The notes: a model not told the origin generated them from the letters alone. Positions 8,982 to 21,051 are shown, numbered from the stretch's first letter. The stretch is 64,000 nt of DNA from Myxococcota bacterium (GCA_965140415.1 OZ223209.1:2272001-2336000), one strand, 5' to 3'. A program made the numbers and translations.

Positions 8982-11147
8982 GTGACGAATCGAGTGCATC
9001 ACATTGCCGCGGCGCTGCTGTGGACTCTCTTGATTTTGGGAGCCTGCCAGTCTAAAGAGGCGCCTGTTGAAAAGCCGGCGGAGATAGCTCCGACGCCTGC
9101 TCCCAAAGCGATATCCAGCTATATCGAAACCGGTGACTTGCAGAGTATCGCAGAACGCGGCGAGATCCGTATCCTCATGCCCAAGGACGATTCCATCGAA
9201 TTCCTCCCCAGAGGCGGGATGCCCTTGGACCGGGAACGACAGCAGACATCCGCTTTTGCCGAGCAGCTTGGTTTGAAACCGGTTTTCATTCCGCTTGAAG
9301 GTCACGCCCAATTGATTCCTTATCTTTTGGCTGGCAAGGGAGATGTGGTTGCCGCCCGTATGACGGTGACCGAGCAGCGCAAGGAAAGCGTAGCATTTAC
9401 CGTGCCGCTGCGCATGGTCAAGGAAGTCGTTGTTGTACGGCCCGAGAATAATTCGATTACCAAGCTAGAAGATTTAGCCGGGAAAACAGTTGCGGTACGG
9501 CGCTCCTCGTCGTATTGGGAGACGTTGACGAAACTACAGGAAGAAATTCCGAACATCACTTTGAAGCCGCTCTCGGAAAGTATGGATACCGAGCAGATTC
9601 TGTATCGGTTGGCGGTTGGGCAGTTTGATGTGACTGTTTCCGATGACAATATCGTCAAGGAAGTGATGACCTACCGCTCCAATCTCAAGATCGCCTGCGA
9701 GTTGCCCGGTGAGCGGGCGGTGGCATGGGCGGTTCGACCGGATGCGGAAGAATTGCTGGAGTCACTGAATTCGTACATCATGAAGAAGCAACTGTCGAAT
9801 CCTGTAAGTGCCATTCATTTCGGGGACTTCTCGAAAATCAAGGAACGCAAAGTGCTGCGGGTGCTGACCCGCAACAGTGCGTCGACCTATTTTCTTTGGC
9901 GTGGAGAAATCCTGGGATTTGAACACGAACTGGCGATGGCGTTTGCCAAGGAACATGACCTGCGCGTCGAGATGGTTGTGCCTCCCAATCGAGAAGACCT
10001 GATTCCCTGGTTATTGGAAGGGAAGGGGGATCTGGTGGCGGCATCGCTGACCGCGACGGAGGAAAGAAAGAAGATTACGAGTTTGACCTTCTCGCGCCCC
10101 TATCACATCGTCAGCGAACTGGTTGTGGCGCGTTCCAATGAAAAAAGCCTGCATGACGTTCAGGATCTGGCCGGGCGCACGGTTGTGGTTCGAAAGAGCA
10201 GCAGTTACTGGGATACCTTGCAGCATTTGATTGCCTCGGGTATTGAGATCAATGTTGAAGCTGCACCGGAGAATATGGAAACCGAGGAAATCATCGCCCG
10301 TGTCGCGCGTGGGGAATACGACTTGACGGTGGCCGATAGCCACATCGTTGAGATCGAGATGACCTGGCGGGAAGATATCAAGTCCGTATTCGCACTGGGT
10401 GAGCCGGTATCGCACGGTTGGGTAATGCGAACTGCCAATACGGAGCTGATAGAGGCAGTCAATCAATTCTTCGATCGTCAGTATAAAAGCCGATTCTATA
10501 ATCGCATATATAAGAAGTATTTCAAAAATCCTCGCCGAATCAAACAGCGCAATGAGCGCCGTCCTGCGGTGACTGGGCAGTTGTCTCCATTCGATGAGAT
10601 CGTAAAGCGCAATGCAGAAAAATACGATATGGATTGGCGCTTGATCGTTTCGATGATCTATCAGGAAAGCAATTTCAATCCCAATGCACGTTCATGGGCT
10701 GGTGCGGTCGGTTTGATGCAGCTATTGCCGCGTACAGCGGAAGAAATGGGATTTCATCATCTGACACATCCGGAAAGCAATATCCGAGCGGGGTTGATGT
10801 ACCTTGTGCGTATGTGGAATCGCTTCGATTCGGAGATTTCCGTTCGGGATCGCATGTGGTTTTCATTGGCATCCTACAACGCCGGTTACGGGCATGTTTT
10901 CGATGCGCGTAGATTGGCCAAGCAGTTGGGTTACAATCCAAATCGATGGTTTAACCATGTTGAGAAAGCGATGCTACTGCTTTCTCGTCCCCGCTACGCC
11001 AGAAGAGCTCGTTATGGATATTGCCGTGGACAGGAGCCGGTGCAGTATGTACAGGAAATTCGAGATCGCTACTATGCCTATTTGAGTTTGGAAACCTACG
11101 AACCGCAAACAGCCGCCTCCGAAAACGAAGCCACGTCCGCACCGTAA
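8982..11147 (+). CDS. mltF: MltF-like lytic murein transglycosylase lipoprotein with two SBP family 3 domains and an SLT domain
   Basis: Lipobox LGAC; two similar SBP repeats (DLAGKTVAVRRSSSYWETL / DLAGRTVVVRKSSSYWDTL); YQES, GLMQL, SYNAG. Confidence 0.85.
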   Translation: MTNRVHHIAAALLWTLLILGACQSKEAPVEKPAEIAPTPAPKAISSYIETGDLQSIAERGEIRILMPKDDSIEFLPRGGMPLDRERQQTSAFAEQLGLKPVFIPLEGHAQLIPYLLAGKGDVVAARMTVTEQRKESVAFTVPLRMVKEVVVVRPENNSITKLEDLAGKTVAVRRSSSYWETLTKLQEEIPNITLKPLSESMDTEQILYRLAVGQFDVTVSDDNIVKEVMTYRSNLKIACELPGERAVAWAVRPDAEELLESLNSYIMKKQLSNPVSAIHFGDFSKIKERKVLRVLTRNSASTYFLWRGEILGFEHELAMAFAKEHDLRVEMVVPPNREDLIPWLLEGKGDLVAASLTATEERKKITSLTFSRPYHIVSELVVARSNEKSLHDVQDLAGRTVVVRKSSSYWDTLQHLIASGIEINVEAAPENMETEEIIARVARGEYDLTVADSHIVEIEMTWREDIKSVFALGEPVSHGWVMRTANTELIEAVNQFFDRQYKSRFYNRIYKKYFKNPRRIKQRNERRPAVTGQLSPFDEIVKRNAEKYDMDWRLIVSMIYQESNFNPNARSWAGAVGLMQLLPRTAEEMGFHHLTHPESNIRAGLMYLVRMWNRFDSEISVRDRMWFSLASYNAGYGHVFDARRLAKQLGYNPNRWFNHVEKAMLLLSRPRYARRARYGYCRGQEPVQYVQEIRDRYYAYLSLETYEPQTAASENEATSAP

Positions 11148-11264
11148 TCGTCAAAGTGGTTTCTCTCTCTAAAACGTTGCCTTCTATTTCCTTAATCCCA
11201 TTTTGCCCTTCATTATGGAGTTGTGGTATACCTCTAGCAATATGATGAGCCAAGGTGACGTGTG

Positions 11265-13274
11265 ATGGGGCGATACCAGCAGTTTGAAACAGCATTACAT
11301 TCATGGTGGGCGTTTGCCTTGCTGCTTGTATTGGTTACAGTGATACAGGCGCCTGCATTGCAGAATGGTTTCGTTTACGACGATGATTTGGCCATCGTTA
11401 ACAATTCACTGGTTACCCAAGCCCGCTACACTGACATCTGGACATCGGATATATGGGGAACGACAGGAGAAGTAACAACCGGCACGTATCGTCCTTTGAT
11501 GGTGACATCCTTTGCACTGCAATGGGCTTTTTCTCCAAATTCGTCTTTCTCTTTTCACCTTGTCAATCTGATATTGTTGTTACTCACGCTTACCGTTTTA
11601 TTCCTATTTCTGCGTGATCGTTTCCCTGTGCCGATTGCCTGGCTGGCAGTTGCCGGATTGGCATTGCATCCGGTCAACAGCGAAGTGTTTTATAATATTG
11701 TACAACGCTCCGAATTGATGGCGGCTCTATTCGGTTTGGGTTATTTGCATTGTACGCTTCCCGCAAATGGTCGAGAGCCAAGCCTGGCGCGCCAATTCAT
11801 TGGTCTTTTTTTATTGGTGTTTGCCTTGTTTTCAAAAGAAAACGCCATTGTTTTTCCGGCTCTATTTATTTTGCTTGCAATTGGCTTGCCGGATGCCTCC
11901 TCGAATTGGAAACAGCGTATCAGGCGTATGCTGCCGGTGATGGTCGCTTCGCTTGTATTGGTTTCATGCTACCTGGTGCTGCGCCATGAGGTTTTACAGA
12001 GCTTTTCCCGGGAAGTGTCGCCGACCTTCAATCCTACCGTTGTGTTCGATCCGTTCTGGCGACACGCCAACAGCGCTTGGTTGGCGTTACGGTATGTGTT
12101 GCGCTATCTCTGGCCTTTGCCGCAGCCGATGGAATGGACCTACAATCAGTTACCGGTATTCGGTGCGGAAGGCTGGGCCTTTCTCCTTATGATCTGGCTG
12201 GTCGTACTTGGAGTAGGCTGGGTGAGCTTGAAAGGGGTGCTTAAACAGTCCTACTGGGCGCTGGGTGTGGCGTGGTTTGCATTGGCTATTGCACCGGTCG
12301 TGCAGGCTTTGGTTACGGTTACCGTCCTTTTCGCGGATCGCTGCATGTTTTTGCCTGGGATCGGTTTGAGTATTGCCGGGGCGTATGTAGTGTTGAATCT
12401 TTTTCAACGATGGGCAGGCAGACGACAACTGGCGTGGTTGCTCTTCGCGCCATTACTATTGTTTGGAGCTTGGGCACAACTTCAGGTGCAGTCGAATTGG
12501 AGCGACAACCTAACCTTGTTCCGGGTTCTGGCGCAGAATTCGGATCGTTGCGCCAATGCCCAGGCCGGATACGGGAAATTCTTGTTTGCAAATGGGAACC
12601 TGGAGTTGGCGGAACAGCAGTTCTCTCGTGCGGCACATCTGGCACCGTCTTCACCCGGTTTCGGCCAATGGCTTGGGCGCGTGCAACTGCAACGAGGAAA
12701 ACTGGAAGAGGCGTTGAAAACCTTTCAGATCGTGCGCGAAGGTGCGCATCCGCTGGATCGTGCCGCCTTGCAGCAGGAGCAGATCCAGTGGATAATCGGT
12801 TACGGTTTTAAACTTCTGGAATCAAATGCAAAGCAGGCGCTTATGGTGTTCGATGAGGTTTTACGAATTGACAAACAACCTTATGATGCCTGGCTGGGAA
12901 GGGCTGTAGCGCTCTGTGAACTGAAGAAAAACGAGCAGGCGAAAGTAGCGATTGTCGAATTGCAGCGGCGTTTCCCAGATCAGCCTGAAAATGCCGCCAA
13001 TCTTGCGCGACTCTATGACATGCAAGAGGAATTTCAGCAGGCGCTCGTGCAATACGATCTGGCGCTATCGCGTAAACCGGGTGATGCGGATATCAGGCGC
13101 AAACGGGCGATCATTTTGCGCAAACTTGGGCGCGGCTGGGAAGCACTGGAGGAATTGGGGAAACTATTGCGAGAAAACCCCAACGATCATGAGGCGCGAC
13201 AGGAGTTCATGCGGCTGCGTGGTGCTACCGACGAGGAATTCACGCGCAAAAAGCCCTTTCAGGATGTTGATTGA
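11265..13274 (+). CDS. TMTC-like GT-C glycosyltransferase with C-terminal TPRs
   Basis: GFVYDD, YRPL, HPVNSEV..QRSE, SKENA, FADRCMFLP, W..NLTLF; about 11 TM segments followed by TPRs. Confidence 0.8.
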   Translation: MGRYQQFETALHSWWAFALLLVLVTVIQAPALQNGFVYDDDLAIVNNSLVTQARYTDIWTSDIWGTTGEVTTGTYRPLMVTSFALQWAFSPNSSFSFHLVNLILLLLTLTVLFLFLRDRFPVPIAWLAVAGLALHPVNSEVFYNIVQRSELMAALFGLGYLHCTLPANGREPSLARQFIGLFLLVFALFSKENAIVFPALFILLAIGLPDASSNWKQRIRRMLPVMVASLVLVSCYLVLRHEVLQSFSREVSPTFNPTVVFDPFWRHANSAWLALRYVLRYLWPLPQPMEWTYNQLPVFGAEGWAFLLMIWLVVLGVGWVSLKGVLKQSYWALGVAWFALAIAPVVQALVTVTVLFADRCMFLPGIGLSIAGAYVVLNLFQRWAGRRQLAWLLFAPLLLFGAWAQLQVQSNWSDNLTLFRVLAQNSDRCANAQAGYGKFLFANGNLELAEQQFSRAAHLAPSSPGFGQWLGRVQLQRGKLEEALKTFQIVREGAHPLDRAALQQEQIQWIIGYGFKLLESNAKQALMVFDEVLRIDKQPYDAWLGRAVALCELKKNEQAKVAIVELQRRFPDQPENAANLARLYDMQEEFQQALVQYDLALSRKPGDADIRRKRAIILRKLGRGWEALEELGKLLRENPNDHEARQEFMRLRGATDEEFTRKKPFQDVD

Positions 13275-13310
13275 GCCCACCTGGTGTTAGCCACAAATAT
13301 AAAGTTCCAA

Positions 13311-14522
13311 TCAGGTATGGTGGTGCATGCTCTGACCCAGCAGCGGGTCTTTGATCGGCACAGGATGATGTCTGCCCAATACCCAGGTGAATACCAGATA
13401 AAAAGCTCCGGCAAAGCCCAAGAACACTAGGAATTCGCTGATCGGCAGATGTCCCTGGGCGGCGTGTTCGCCATGCCCGATTGCCGGGGATACCATGACG
13501 TACAACTCCAGAAACTGAGCCAGCAGAATCAATACCGCCATCGTGATGACGCGCTTGGGGCGGCGCTTGTTTTCACGCGGCGTCAGATAAATAAAGGGAA
13601 TCACGAACTTCACGATGGGTAGTAGAGCCAGATACGGCAGCCAGCCGTTGGACCAGCGCGCAATGAAATAAAGCGTTTCTTCCGGCAGGTTGCCGTACCA
13701 GATCAACAAGAATTGACAGAAGTAGATGTAAGCCCAGAATCCGGTGAAGGCGTACATGATTTTCGCGATATCGTGCAGGTGATTCTCGTTTAAAAAGGGT
13801 GTCAGTCGTCCGGTCAGCATGAAAATCGCCACCGTCAGTGAAACCAATGCCGCACCGGATTGCATCATATCGGTAAATGTAACCACGGCGTACATCGTAG
13901 AGAACCAGTGGGCATCCAATGACATCAGGTAGTAAAAGCTAACCATGCTGAAGCTTGGTGCGTACAACAGCAGAAAGACCGCTCCCAGTTTCTTGGTGCG
14001 GATGCTAAGACTTGGATCTCCGGTTTTATCCTGACGACGAGAAGCCCCGGTGATGAAAAACGAGAACGCCAGCCACAGCAAGGTGGCCGCTGTTACGAGC
14101 ACGGTGAACATGGTCGCATTTAAAAAGGGCGCTTTGTGCAACAGCAGCTCATCGGCGGCAACGACCTCGGTGTGGGACCAGTGATAAAGCGAGTGCAGCC
14201 CTGCAAGTAAAATCAGGCCCAGTACCAGACTGACTGAGAGCCATGAACCCATGGCTTCTACGATACGTCGCATGGGTACGGTCCAGACCCCACCGGTCAA
14301 AGCTTGAATCGCAGGCCATACCAACCCGAATAAAGCCAGGCTTAAAAAGTAGAACAGCCCGATCAGGTAGGCGCTCCAGGCGATGCCGTCGTGGCCGCTT
14401 TGCAGGTTATACAGAAACGCCCCAATTCCGATAACGACTGCCAGTATGGCGGCTATTTTCGAGCCGATCGGGAAACGGAGTCGATCGGGAAGGGCCAGAT
14501 GATCGATAACATGTTGGGTCAT
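13311..14522 (-). CDS. actF: Alternative complex III membrane subunit ActF
   Basis: LYHWSH, HKAPFLN, MSLDAHWFSTMY, HLHD, QFLLIWYGNLPEE. Confidence 0.9.
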   Translation of the reverse strand: MTQHVIDHLALPDRLRFPIGSKIAAILAVVIGIGAFLYNLQSGHDGIAWSAYLIGLFYFLSLALFGLVWPAIQALTGGVWTVPMRRIVEAMGSWLSVSLVLGLILLAGLHSLYHWSHTEVVAADELLLHKAPFLNATMFTVLVTAATLLWLAFSFFITGASRRQDKTGDPSLSIRTKKLGAVFLLLYAPSFSMVSFYYLMSLDAHWFSTMYAVVTFTDMMQSGAALVSLTVAIFMLTGRLTPFLNENHLHDIAKIMYAFTGFWAYIYFCQFLLIWYGNLPEETLYFIARWSNGWLPYLALLPIVKFVIPFIYLTPRENKRRPKRVITMAVLILLAQFLELYVMVSPAIGHGEHAAQGHLPISEFLVFLGFAGAFYLVFTWVLGRHHPVPIKDPLLGQSMHHHT

Positions 14523-14540
14523 CGGTTTCTCCAAATGGAA

Positions 14541-15233
14541 TTACGGTTGCTCGTCCGTAGTCGTATTTTCAGGCTGATTCATCGTGTCCTCAGCCGATTC
14601 TTTTTCGGCTTCTTGCTCTGCTTTCTGCTTTGCCGCCAGTTCCGCAAGGTCTGCTTCCGTTGGAGGCGCTACCGGGGATTCCTTTTGCAGTTTGCGGACG
14701 TAATGCACAACTGCCCAAAGTTCTTCCGGCTCGAAGATCTTGGAGTAACTGGGCATCGATGCCTGCCCGCGCATGGGTACGTGGAAAATGCGTCCATCGC
14801 TGTAGTTGCGGACTTTCTGGCGCATCAAGTGCGGTGGCTTGGGGAAAAGCTGGGCTACTTCGCCGTCTCCTGCACCCTGTTTGCCATGACAGACGATACA
14901 GGCGTTTTCGAATACGAACTGACCCTTCGCTAGCACCTCGGGGGTTGGAGAAAGGGGATTGACCAGGGTTTCGCCTGCCAGATCCGCCTCTTGCTGAATG
15001 AAGCGATAGGGATGCTGACTGGTCGCGACCGTACCTTCCGCAGGCGCGAGCATGCCCACGACGCGCTCTGAAAACAGATCTTCGCGTTGGGGCTTCAGCT
15101 TTGGCTGGTCACCCATGTCGGTCCAGTTCAATTCCCAGAACGGATCTGCGCCACCGGGTAAACCGAGTTCGCAGCCGCTGCACAACAGCACTGCTAAAAG
15201 CAACAAGAGTGGCGTTAGGTAGTTACGCAACAT
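14541..15233 (-). CDS. actE: ACIII monoheme cytochrome c lipoprotein ActE
   Basis: Lipobox CSGC; DMGDQPK; CIVCHG; MPSY; GGAGG RBS before ATG 15233. Confidence 0.88.
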   Translation of the reverse strand: MLRNYLTPLLLLLAVLLCSGCELGLPGGADPFWELNWTDMGDQPKLKPQREDLFSERVVGMLAPAEGTVATSQHPYRFIQQEADLAGETLVNPLSPTPEVLAKGQFVFENACIVCHGKQGAGDGEVAQLFPKPPHLMRQKVRNYSDGRIFHVPMRGQASMPSYSKIFEPEELWAVVHYVRKLQKESPVAPPTEADLAELAAKQKAEQEAEKESAEDTMNQPENTTTDEQP

Positions 15234-15774
15234 AGTTGCCCTCCTGGTCGATAAGTCGAATGTCGTCGGCATCCAGTTCCTGTAAAAACTTTAGTGCATC
15301 TTCGTGATCGAAAGCCGGATCGCTGGCGGAAATCCAAAGCACGAAACGGTCCATGGTTGCACCGGTGCGCAGCATCGAGGGCGGTTGCGGCACGGTGTCT
15401 TTCTTGCCACCCAGAATCGCGAAGACGGCAGTCAGAATACCCGAAAAGAGAACCATCAATTCGAAGGTGATGGGTACAAAAGAGGGCCAGGCGAAAAAGG
15501 GCTTTCCGCCGAAGTTCATGGGCCAGTCGATCACCATGATGTAAATCATCATAGCCTGCGCCGCAAGGATGCCCAGCGCGGCGAACAGCGCCGAAAACCA
15601 GGGAACCCAGGAACGCTTCAGTCCCATTGCCTCGTCCATGCCGTGAACCGGAAAGGGCGTGAGTACGTCGAACAGTTTGTACTTGGAATCTTTCAGGCTT
15701 TTTGCGGCCTGTAACGCTTCGTCCGGAGTGTAGAAACTTCCCAATGCGCCGAGATAGTTTGGCTTGCCGCTCAT
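15223..15774 (-). CDS. actD: ACIII subunit ActD (DUF3341)
   Basis: [33 protein letters not shown]. Confidence 0.92.
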   Translation of the reverse strand: MSGKPNYLGALGSFYTPDEALQAAKSLKDSKYKLFDVLTPFPVHGMDEAMGLKRSWVPWFSALFAALGILAAQAMMIYIMVIDWPMNFGGKPFFAWPSFVPITFELMVLFSGILTAVFAILGGKKDTVPQPPSMLRTGATMDRFVLWISASDPAFDHEDALKFLQELDADDIRLIDQEGNYVA

Positions 15775-17249
15775 CCCTGCACCTCCTTTCCCGGTCGTTT
15801 CGATGCGGCGACCGCCGGGTCCATGACGCCTTTGACTTCCGACATGGCCACCGAAGGCAGAAGCCGTACAAAAAGTAGAAAGAGCGTAAAGAACAGGCCG
15901 AAGGAGCCGATCAGGATCATCCAGTCAAACTTGGTCAGAGAGTACATGCCCCAACTGGAGGGGAGAAAGTCCCGATGCAGCGAGGTCACGATGATGACGT
16001 AGCGCTCGAACCACATGCCGATATTGACCAGAATCGAAACGATGAACAGGGCGTAGATGTTTCGCCGCAGGCTTTTAAACCAGAAGAATTGCGGTACGAT
16101 GGCATTGCAGGTGAACATGATGAAATAACTCCAGCCGTAGGGACCGAAGGCGCGGTTGCGGAAGATGAAGCCTTCGTATTCGCTGCCGGAATACCAGGCC
16201 ATGAAGAACTCGGTCATGTAGGCCAGTCCGACCAGCATTCCGGTGAGCATCAATACTTTGGCGATGGCTTCCATGTGGTTGATGGTGATGTAGTTTTTAA
16301 GGTTAAAGACCGCCCGCATGATGGTCATCAGGGTCAGCACCATGGCGAATCCGCTGAAGATCGCGCCGATTACGAAATAGGGCGGGAAGATCGTCGTATG
16401 CCAGCCGGGCAATATGGCTGTGGCGAAGTCGAAGGAAACGATGGTATGCACCGAGAAAACCAGGGGTGTCGCCAGTGCGGCCAGAATCAGATAGGCCGAC
16501 TCGTAGTGCCGCCAGGCGCGATTGCTACCGTTCCAGCCCAGAGAGAGCGCGTTATAGAAACGACGTCGCCAGGGATGTTTGGCATGATCGCGGATGGTCG
16601 CCAGATCCGGCAACAGTCCCATGTACCAGAAGACGGCGGAAATCGTGCCGTAGGTGGAAATGGCGAAAATGTCCCATGCCAGGGCGCTGTTGAAGTTCAC
16701 CCATAAGGAGCCGCGCCCGTTCGGAATCGGAGCCAGCCAGTAGGCGAACCAGGGCCTTCCAAGGTGGATGATGGGAAACAGTCCTGCGCAGGCCACGGCG
16801 AATAATGTCATCGCTTCTGCCGAGCGATTGATCGCCGTTCGCCACTTTTGTCGAAACAGATACAGCACCGCCGAAATCAGCGTTCCGGCGTGACCGATAC
16901 CGATCCAGAAAACGAAATTGACGATGAAGCTTCCCCAGCCAACCGGATGGTTGATGCCTACGACTCCTTCACCTGCGTAAAACAAGGTGGCAAGGCCGAG
17001 TCCCAGCATACTTAGCGCCGAAAGTGCCAGTGCAAAGGCGATCCACCAGCGCCGCGTCGGGAACGAATCGACGTGTACGCCGATATCGGTATCGACATCG
17101 AGGTAGCGTTTGGCTCCCGTAACCAGCGGCTCCGGGATGAACATATCGCCGCCAAACGGACCGGCTCCTTCGATGACCAGCGGTTTGCCGGTGAGCATCG
17201 AGTCGTTCATGTAAACGGCATATGGACTTGTGTTCGCATCATGTTTCAT
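15771..17249 (-). CDS. actC: ACIII quinol-oxidizing subunit ActC (NrfD/PsrC family)
   Basis: [60 protein letters not shown]. Confidence 0.95.
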   Translation of the reverse strand: MKHDANTSPYAVYMNDSMLTGKPLVIEGAGPFGGDMFIPEPLVTGAKRYLDVDTDIGVHVDSFPTRRWWIAFALALSALSMLGLGLATLFYAGEGVVGINHPVGWGSFIVNFVFWIGIGHAGTLISAVLYLFRQKWRTAINRSAEAMTLFAVACAGLFPIIHLGRPWFAYWLAPIPNGRGSLWVNFNSALAWDIFAISTYGTISAVFWYMGLLPDLATIRDHAKHPWRRRFYNALSLGWNGSNRAWRHYESAYLILAALATPLVFSVHTIVSFDFATAILPGWHTTIFPPYFVIGAIFSGFAMVLTLMTIMRAVFNLKNYITINHMEAIAKVLMLTGMLVGLAYMTEFFMAWYSGSEYEGFIFRNRAFGPYGWSYFIMFTCNAIVPQFFWFKSLRRNIYALFIVSILVNIGMWFERYVIIVTSLHRDFLPSSWGMYSLTKFDWMILIGSFGLFFTLFLLFVRLLPSVAMSEVKGVMDPAVAASKRPGKEVQG

Positions 17250-20200
17250 TGCGCACCTTCGTCAAATAGGAGATGGAAGGTTTCACTCCGGTTGCTTCGA
17301 GCAAGGTCATGGCGCGGGGCGCAGCCGCAGACTTCTTTACGGCGGAACCGCTCAGGTTGATGTCTCCGAAAACGATGGCTTTGGTCGGACAGGCTTCCAT
17401 GCAGGCCGGAACGACTTCGCCATCCGTCAAGGTTCCTTTTTTTCCGTCAGCTCGGGAGAGACTCTCCGCTTCGCGGATGCGCTGGATGCAGAAACTGCAT
17501 TTTTCCATCACACCTCGCGAACGCACGGTGACTTCCGGATTGTTTTTCATCTGCATCTTGCCGCGCACGTTTAAGCGAGCGTGGTCTTTCATCTCCGGCA
17601 CCAGCAGGTTCATGATGAAGCTCTTGCGTTCGGAGGAATATTCAAACCAGTTGAAGCGCCGCACTTTAAAGGGACAGTTGTTCGAACAGTAGCGGGTGCC
17701 GACGCAGCGATTGTAGATTTGCTGGTTCAGTCCGTCTGAGCTGTGCATGGTTGCAACAAAGGGGCATACCGTTTCGCAAGGTGCGTTTTCGCAGTGCTGA
17801 CAGAGCATCGGCTCGAATAAGGTGTTCGGTTCCTCCACGACTTCCAAGGGGGAGTCCCAGACCTTGTCGTCCCAGCCTCCCTGCTTTTTCGGTGCGTCGT
17901 AATAGCGATCGATGCGGATCCAGGACATTTCCCGTCCGTCGAGTACGCCCTGTTTGCCAACCACCGGGATATTGTTTTCCGCCTGGCAGGCGACGACGCA
18001 CTGGGCGCAGCCGATGCAGCGGTTCAGATCGATGGTCATCCACCAGCGCTTGTCTTCGTATTTATGCCCGGACCAGGCGGAAGGACCGCCGGGAGTTTGC
18101 TCGGTTCCGGCCTTTGGATCCTTGCTGTAGCTGGCTAGATCCGTTACCGGTACGAGTTGTCGCACCGAGCGATCCAGTACTTCTGAGCCTTGAGGAATCG
18201 CAAGGGGAGTCATGCCCTCCACCGTCTGTATGGTGCAGGTCAACCTGGCGCGAATCAGGCGATGGTTTTTTACGGGTAAGAGCGGGAATGCGTTGCTTCC
18301 AATGTCGTTTCCGATTTTTCCGCAGGCCGTGCGGCCCAGTCCCAACGGCAGCGCCACCACATCCTGATGCATACCGGCCTGGCGGAAGGCGGGTAATGTC
18401 AAATTCTGGTTATTAATCGTAACGGACAGATGCTGGCCGTTTTCAAGCTTCATCTCGTCGAATCGACGGGGAGCGATGGCCAGCCAGCTTCCCCAGGTAA
18501 TGCGGGAAATGGGATCGGGCAGTTCCAATAGCCAGCCGTTGTTGTTCTGACTGCCGTCACCCAGCGTGGGATGCGGGAAAAACAGCACTTCCAATCCGTT
18601 GGCGGCTTTAACGGGTACCTTGGAAAGAATTGAAAGCGTTTCCGTTTGAAATTCCGGATCAGGTGTAAATTGGGTTGACGTTGCAATGCGCACGAAACCC
18701 TTGCGCAGGGTCTCATCCCAGAAATCATCGAAGGCGGGATGCGCCGTCTGCTTGGGGAAAAGCTGTTGTTTCCAGTGTTCACGCAAGTAGATGTAGGCCG
18801 GACTATGAACCTTGGCCTTTTCCGTTTCTTTGTCGGTCGCCAGCATAACGGCGGTTTTGAACTCGGGAATTGTTGCGGCCTGTGCGCCCCAGGCGATAAG
18901 GATGTCGAGCAAACCGAATGTGCTGTACAATGGGCGAATGGAAGGCTGGCGAATGCCATACAGACCGGTCTCGAAGGTGACATCTCCCCAGCTTTCCAGG
19001 TCGTGACTTGCAGGCGCCAGGTAGTCTGCCAGTCTGCTGGTTTCGTCTACACGATCGCTAAAGGAAATAATCGTTTTGACCTTCGAGATGGCGGCCTTAA
19101 ACCCCAATGCTTCGGGTAGGTGATAGACCGGGTTGACGCCATGAAATAGCAGCAGGGAAATGTTACCCTTCGCCATCTGTCTGGTGAGTTCTTCCACTTC
19201 TTCAAACGATCCCGTTAACGTGGACTGTTGGGGGTGCAGCTCGATCGTTTTCTTGTAGTTTCCGAGACTTAAGTTGATTAGAGCCAGTGCCGTTTCCAAC
19301 TCGACGCCAAATTCGGACGAACTGCTGCTTCCATCGCCGAGGACGATGGATTTTCCTGCGTGTTGTGCTAACTCGTTCGCCAGCTTCGTCAACGTTGCGA
19401 CATCCAGCCCGCTTGCCTTGCTCACGGCTGTAATGCTAAAGGGGGTAAGGATCTCATTCAGTTTCGCATGGTTTGCTAGTGGCCCGAGTTTTTTCGTTAC
19501 GATCAACTCGTTTGCGATAGCCAGCGCCACAAGTGGAAGTTGCGACGGGCGCACGCGAATGCGCTGATCCGCATTGGCGCCGGTCAAGGTCAACTGGCCT
19601 TCCAACATCACAAAACGGCTCATGCCGGATTTACGATCCGGGTCGCGCCCGGTCACGAATTGCTGCTGCTCCATGCTGCGAGGAAAGTCTAAAAACTCCG
19701 AACCGAAACCTACAATCAGCTTTGCCCGGTCAAACCGGTAATTCGGCAACAGGCCCGGACCGAAACAGGTGCTTGTGGCAGTAGCAAGCGCATCCGGTTC
19801 GAAAACCGAACTTTGGATGTGTCGCGCTCCAACTGCTTGGCAGAAACGCTCGATAATCGCCTGGCTGCCTGGACCGTTAATGGGACCGGTCAACAAAGCG
19901 ATTTTACCTTTGCTCGCCTTCAGTGCTTTTACTGCTTCACTGCCAAGTTGCTCCCAGCTTGTCGGAGCGACGACATCGGTTGAGCGTCGCACCCAAAGCG
20001 GCGTTTTGGCACGATCCGGGTCGTAAAGATCCATCAATGTCGCCTGAATGCGATGGCTTGTCAGTATCGGAAGCGGATGATCCGGGTTGGGGACGACCTG
20101 AATCGGGCGGCCTTCACGCGTGCGAACCAGCACGGGTGCGTTTCCGATGGCGGAGGCGTAAAGCAGGGGCTTGCCCAGCCGAACCTGCTCCTCCGGTCTG

Positions 20201-20403
20201 GTTACAAAAGGAATGACATCCTCAACCGGCGCCTGGCAGCCGCTGGCGCTTACCGCAACCATGGCTGTAGCTGCTCCGGCTACACGCAGAAAGTCGCGGC
20301 GGTTCAGTTGCAGGGGTTTGGAATGATCCGGGAACTCTACCCGCAGAGCAGATGCCGCGTCACTTGGCTTTGTCGGAGAAGAGTCTGTTCGGTTTCGCTT
20401 CAT
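17239..20403 (-). CDS. actB: ACIII subunit ActB (molybdopterin-oxidoreductase-like domain plus 4Fe-4S dicluster)
   Basis: Tat motif NRRDFL then SGC; TREGRP, YDPDR, ESWGD; Fe-S motifs [27 protein letters not shown]. The start could also be 20415 or 20439. Confidence 0.93.
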   Translation of the reverse strand: MKRNRTDSSPTKPSDAASALRVEFPDHSKPLQLNRRDFLRVAGAATAMVAVSASGCQAPVEDVIPFVTRPEEQVRLGKPLLYASAIGNAPVLVRTREGRPIQVVPNPDHPLPILTSHRIQATLMDLYDPDRAKTPLWVRRSTDVVAPTSWEQLGSEAVKALKASKGKIALLTGPINGPGSQAIIERFCQAVGARHIQSSVFEPDALATATSTCFGPGLLPNYRFDRAKLIVGFGSEFLDFPRSMEQQQFVTGRDPDRKSGMSRFVMLEGQLTLTGANADQRIRVRPSQLPLVALAIANELIVTKKLGPLANHAKLNEILTPFSITAVSKASGLDVATLTKLANELAQHAGKSIVLGDGSSSSSEFGVELETALALINLSLGNYKKTIELHPQQSTLTGSFEEVEELTRQMAKGNISLLLFHGVNPVYHLPEALGFKAAISKVKTIISFSDRVDETSRLADYLAPASHDLESWGDVTFETGLYGIRQPSIRPLYSTFGLLDILIAWGAQAATIPEFKTAVMLATDKETEKAKVHSPAYIYLREHWKQQLFPKQTAHPAFDDFWDETLRKGFVRIATSTQFTPDPEFQTETLSILSKVPVKAANGLEVLFFPHPTLGDGSQNNNGWLLELPDPISRITWGSWLAIAPRRFDEMKLENGQHLSVTINNQNLTLPAFRQAGMHQDVVALPLGLGRTACGKIGNDIGSNAFPLLPVKNHRLIRARLTCTIQTVEGMTPLAIPQGSEVLDRSVRQLVPVTDLASYSKDPKAGTEQTPGGPSAWSGHKYEDKRWWMTIDLNRCIGCAQCVVACQAENNIPVVGKQGVLDGREMSWIRIDRYYDAPKKQGGWDDKVWDSPLEVVEEPNTLFEPMLCQHCENAPCETVCPFVATMHSSDGLNQQIYNRCVGTRYCSNNCPFKVRRFNWFEYSSERKSFIMNLLVPEMKDHARLNVRGKMQMKNNPEVTVRSRGVMEKCSFCIQRIREAESLSRADGKKGTLTDGEVVPACMEACPTKAIVFGDINLSGSAVKKSAAAPRAMTLLEATGVKPSISYLTKVRNET

Positions 20404-20439
20404 TGATTTCTCCATGGCTTTCACTTTCGTTCTTCCCAA

Positions 20440-21027
20440 TCAGCGATGACAGATCGTGCAGTCGGTGCGGGCGTTCATTTCGGGCTTGCGGTGGCATTCC
20501 AAACACCAGCCCATGTTGAATGCATTCACAATGGATACGCGCTCCGTCTTTTCGACCTCGCCATGGCAGTCCACGCAATCGACTATCTGCTTGTTTTGAT
20601 CGTCGCGCGCATTCAAATGCGGGGAGTGATCGAAGTACACGAAGTCCGGCAGATCGTGAACCTTGACCCACTGAATCGGCTCGCCATTGTCCCAATGATC
20701 TTTCAGCTTGATCACCCACTCTTTGTCCTGACCGACATAGGTGTGGCAGTTCATGCAGATGTCCATCGACGCGATGGTGGCGTGCCGTCCCTTATCGACC
20801 ATCGTGTGGCAATAGCGGCAGGGAATGTTGTAACCGCCGACGTTCACTTTTTCCCCTTTGTCATTGGTTTCCCATACTTCCGGGCCCGCCATGCGGGAAT
20901 GACGGAAAAAGATCGGTTGATAGGGCTGATAGCCTTCGCGCGGGTCCGCACAGCCATCGAGAAGCAGCAACGGAACGAACAAACCCCAGGCCAGTGCTGC
21001 GATCAGAAGGGGGTGGCTTTGCTTCAT
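20440..21027 (-). CDS. actA: ACIII pentaheme cytochrome c ActA
   Basis: Five CxxCH motifs (CRYCH, CMNCH, CVDCH, CLECH, CTICH); PYQPIFFRH; LPDFVYFDH. Confidence 0.95.
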   Translation of the reverse strand: MKQSHPLLIAALAWGLFVPLLLLDGCADPREGYQPYQPIFFRHSRMAGPEVWETNDKGEKVNVGGYNIPCRYCHTMVDKGRHATIASMDICMNCHTYVGQDKEWVIKLKDHWDNGEPIQWVKVHDLPDFVYFDHSPHLNARDDQNKQIVDCVDCHGEVEKTERVSIVNAFNMGWCLECHRKPEMNARTDCTICHR

Positions 21028-21051
21028 CGGTTTCTCATCCTTCTCCCTGGT

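Noticed and set aside
17239..20403. ActB as an active molybdoenzyme or polysulfide reductase
   Set aside because: The actA-F context identifies ACIII, whose ActB is known to lack the Mo cofactor.
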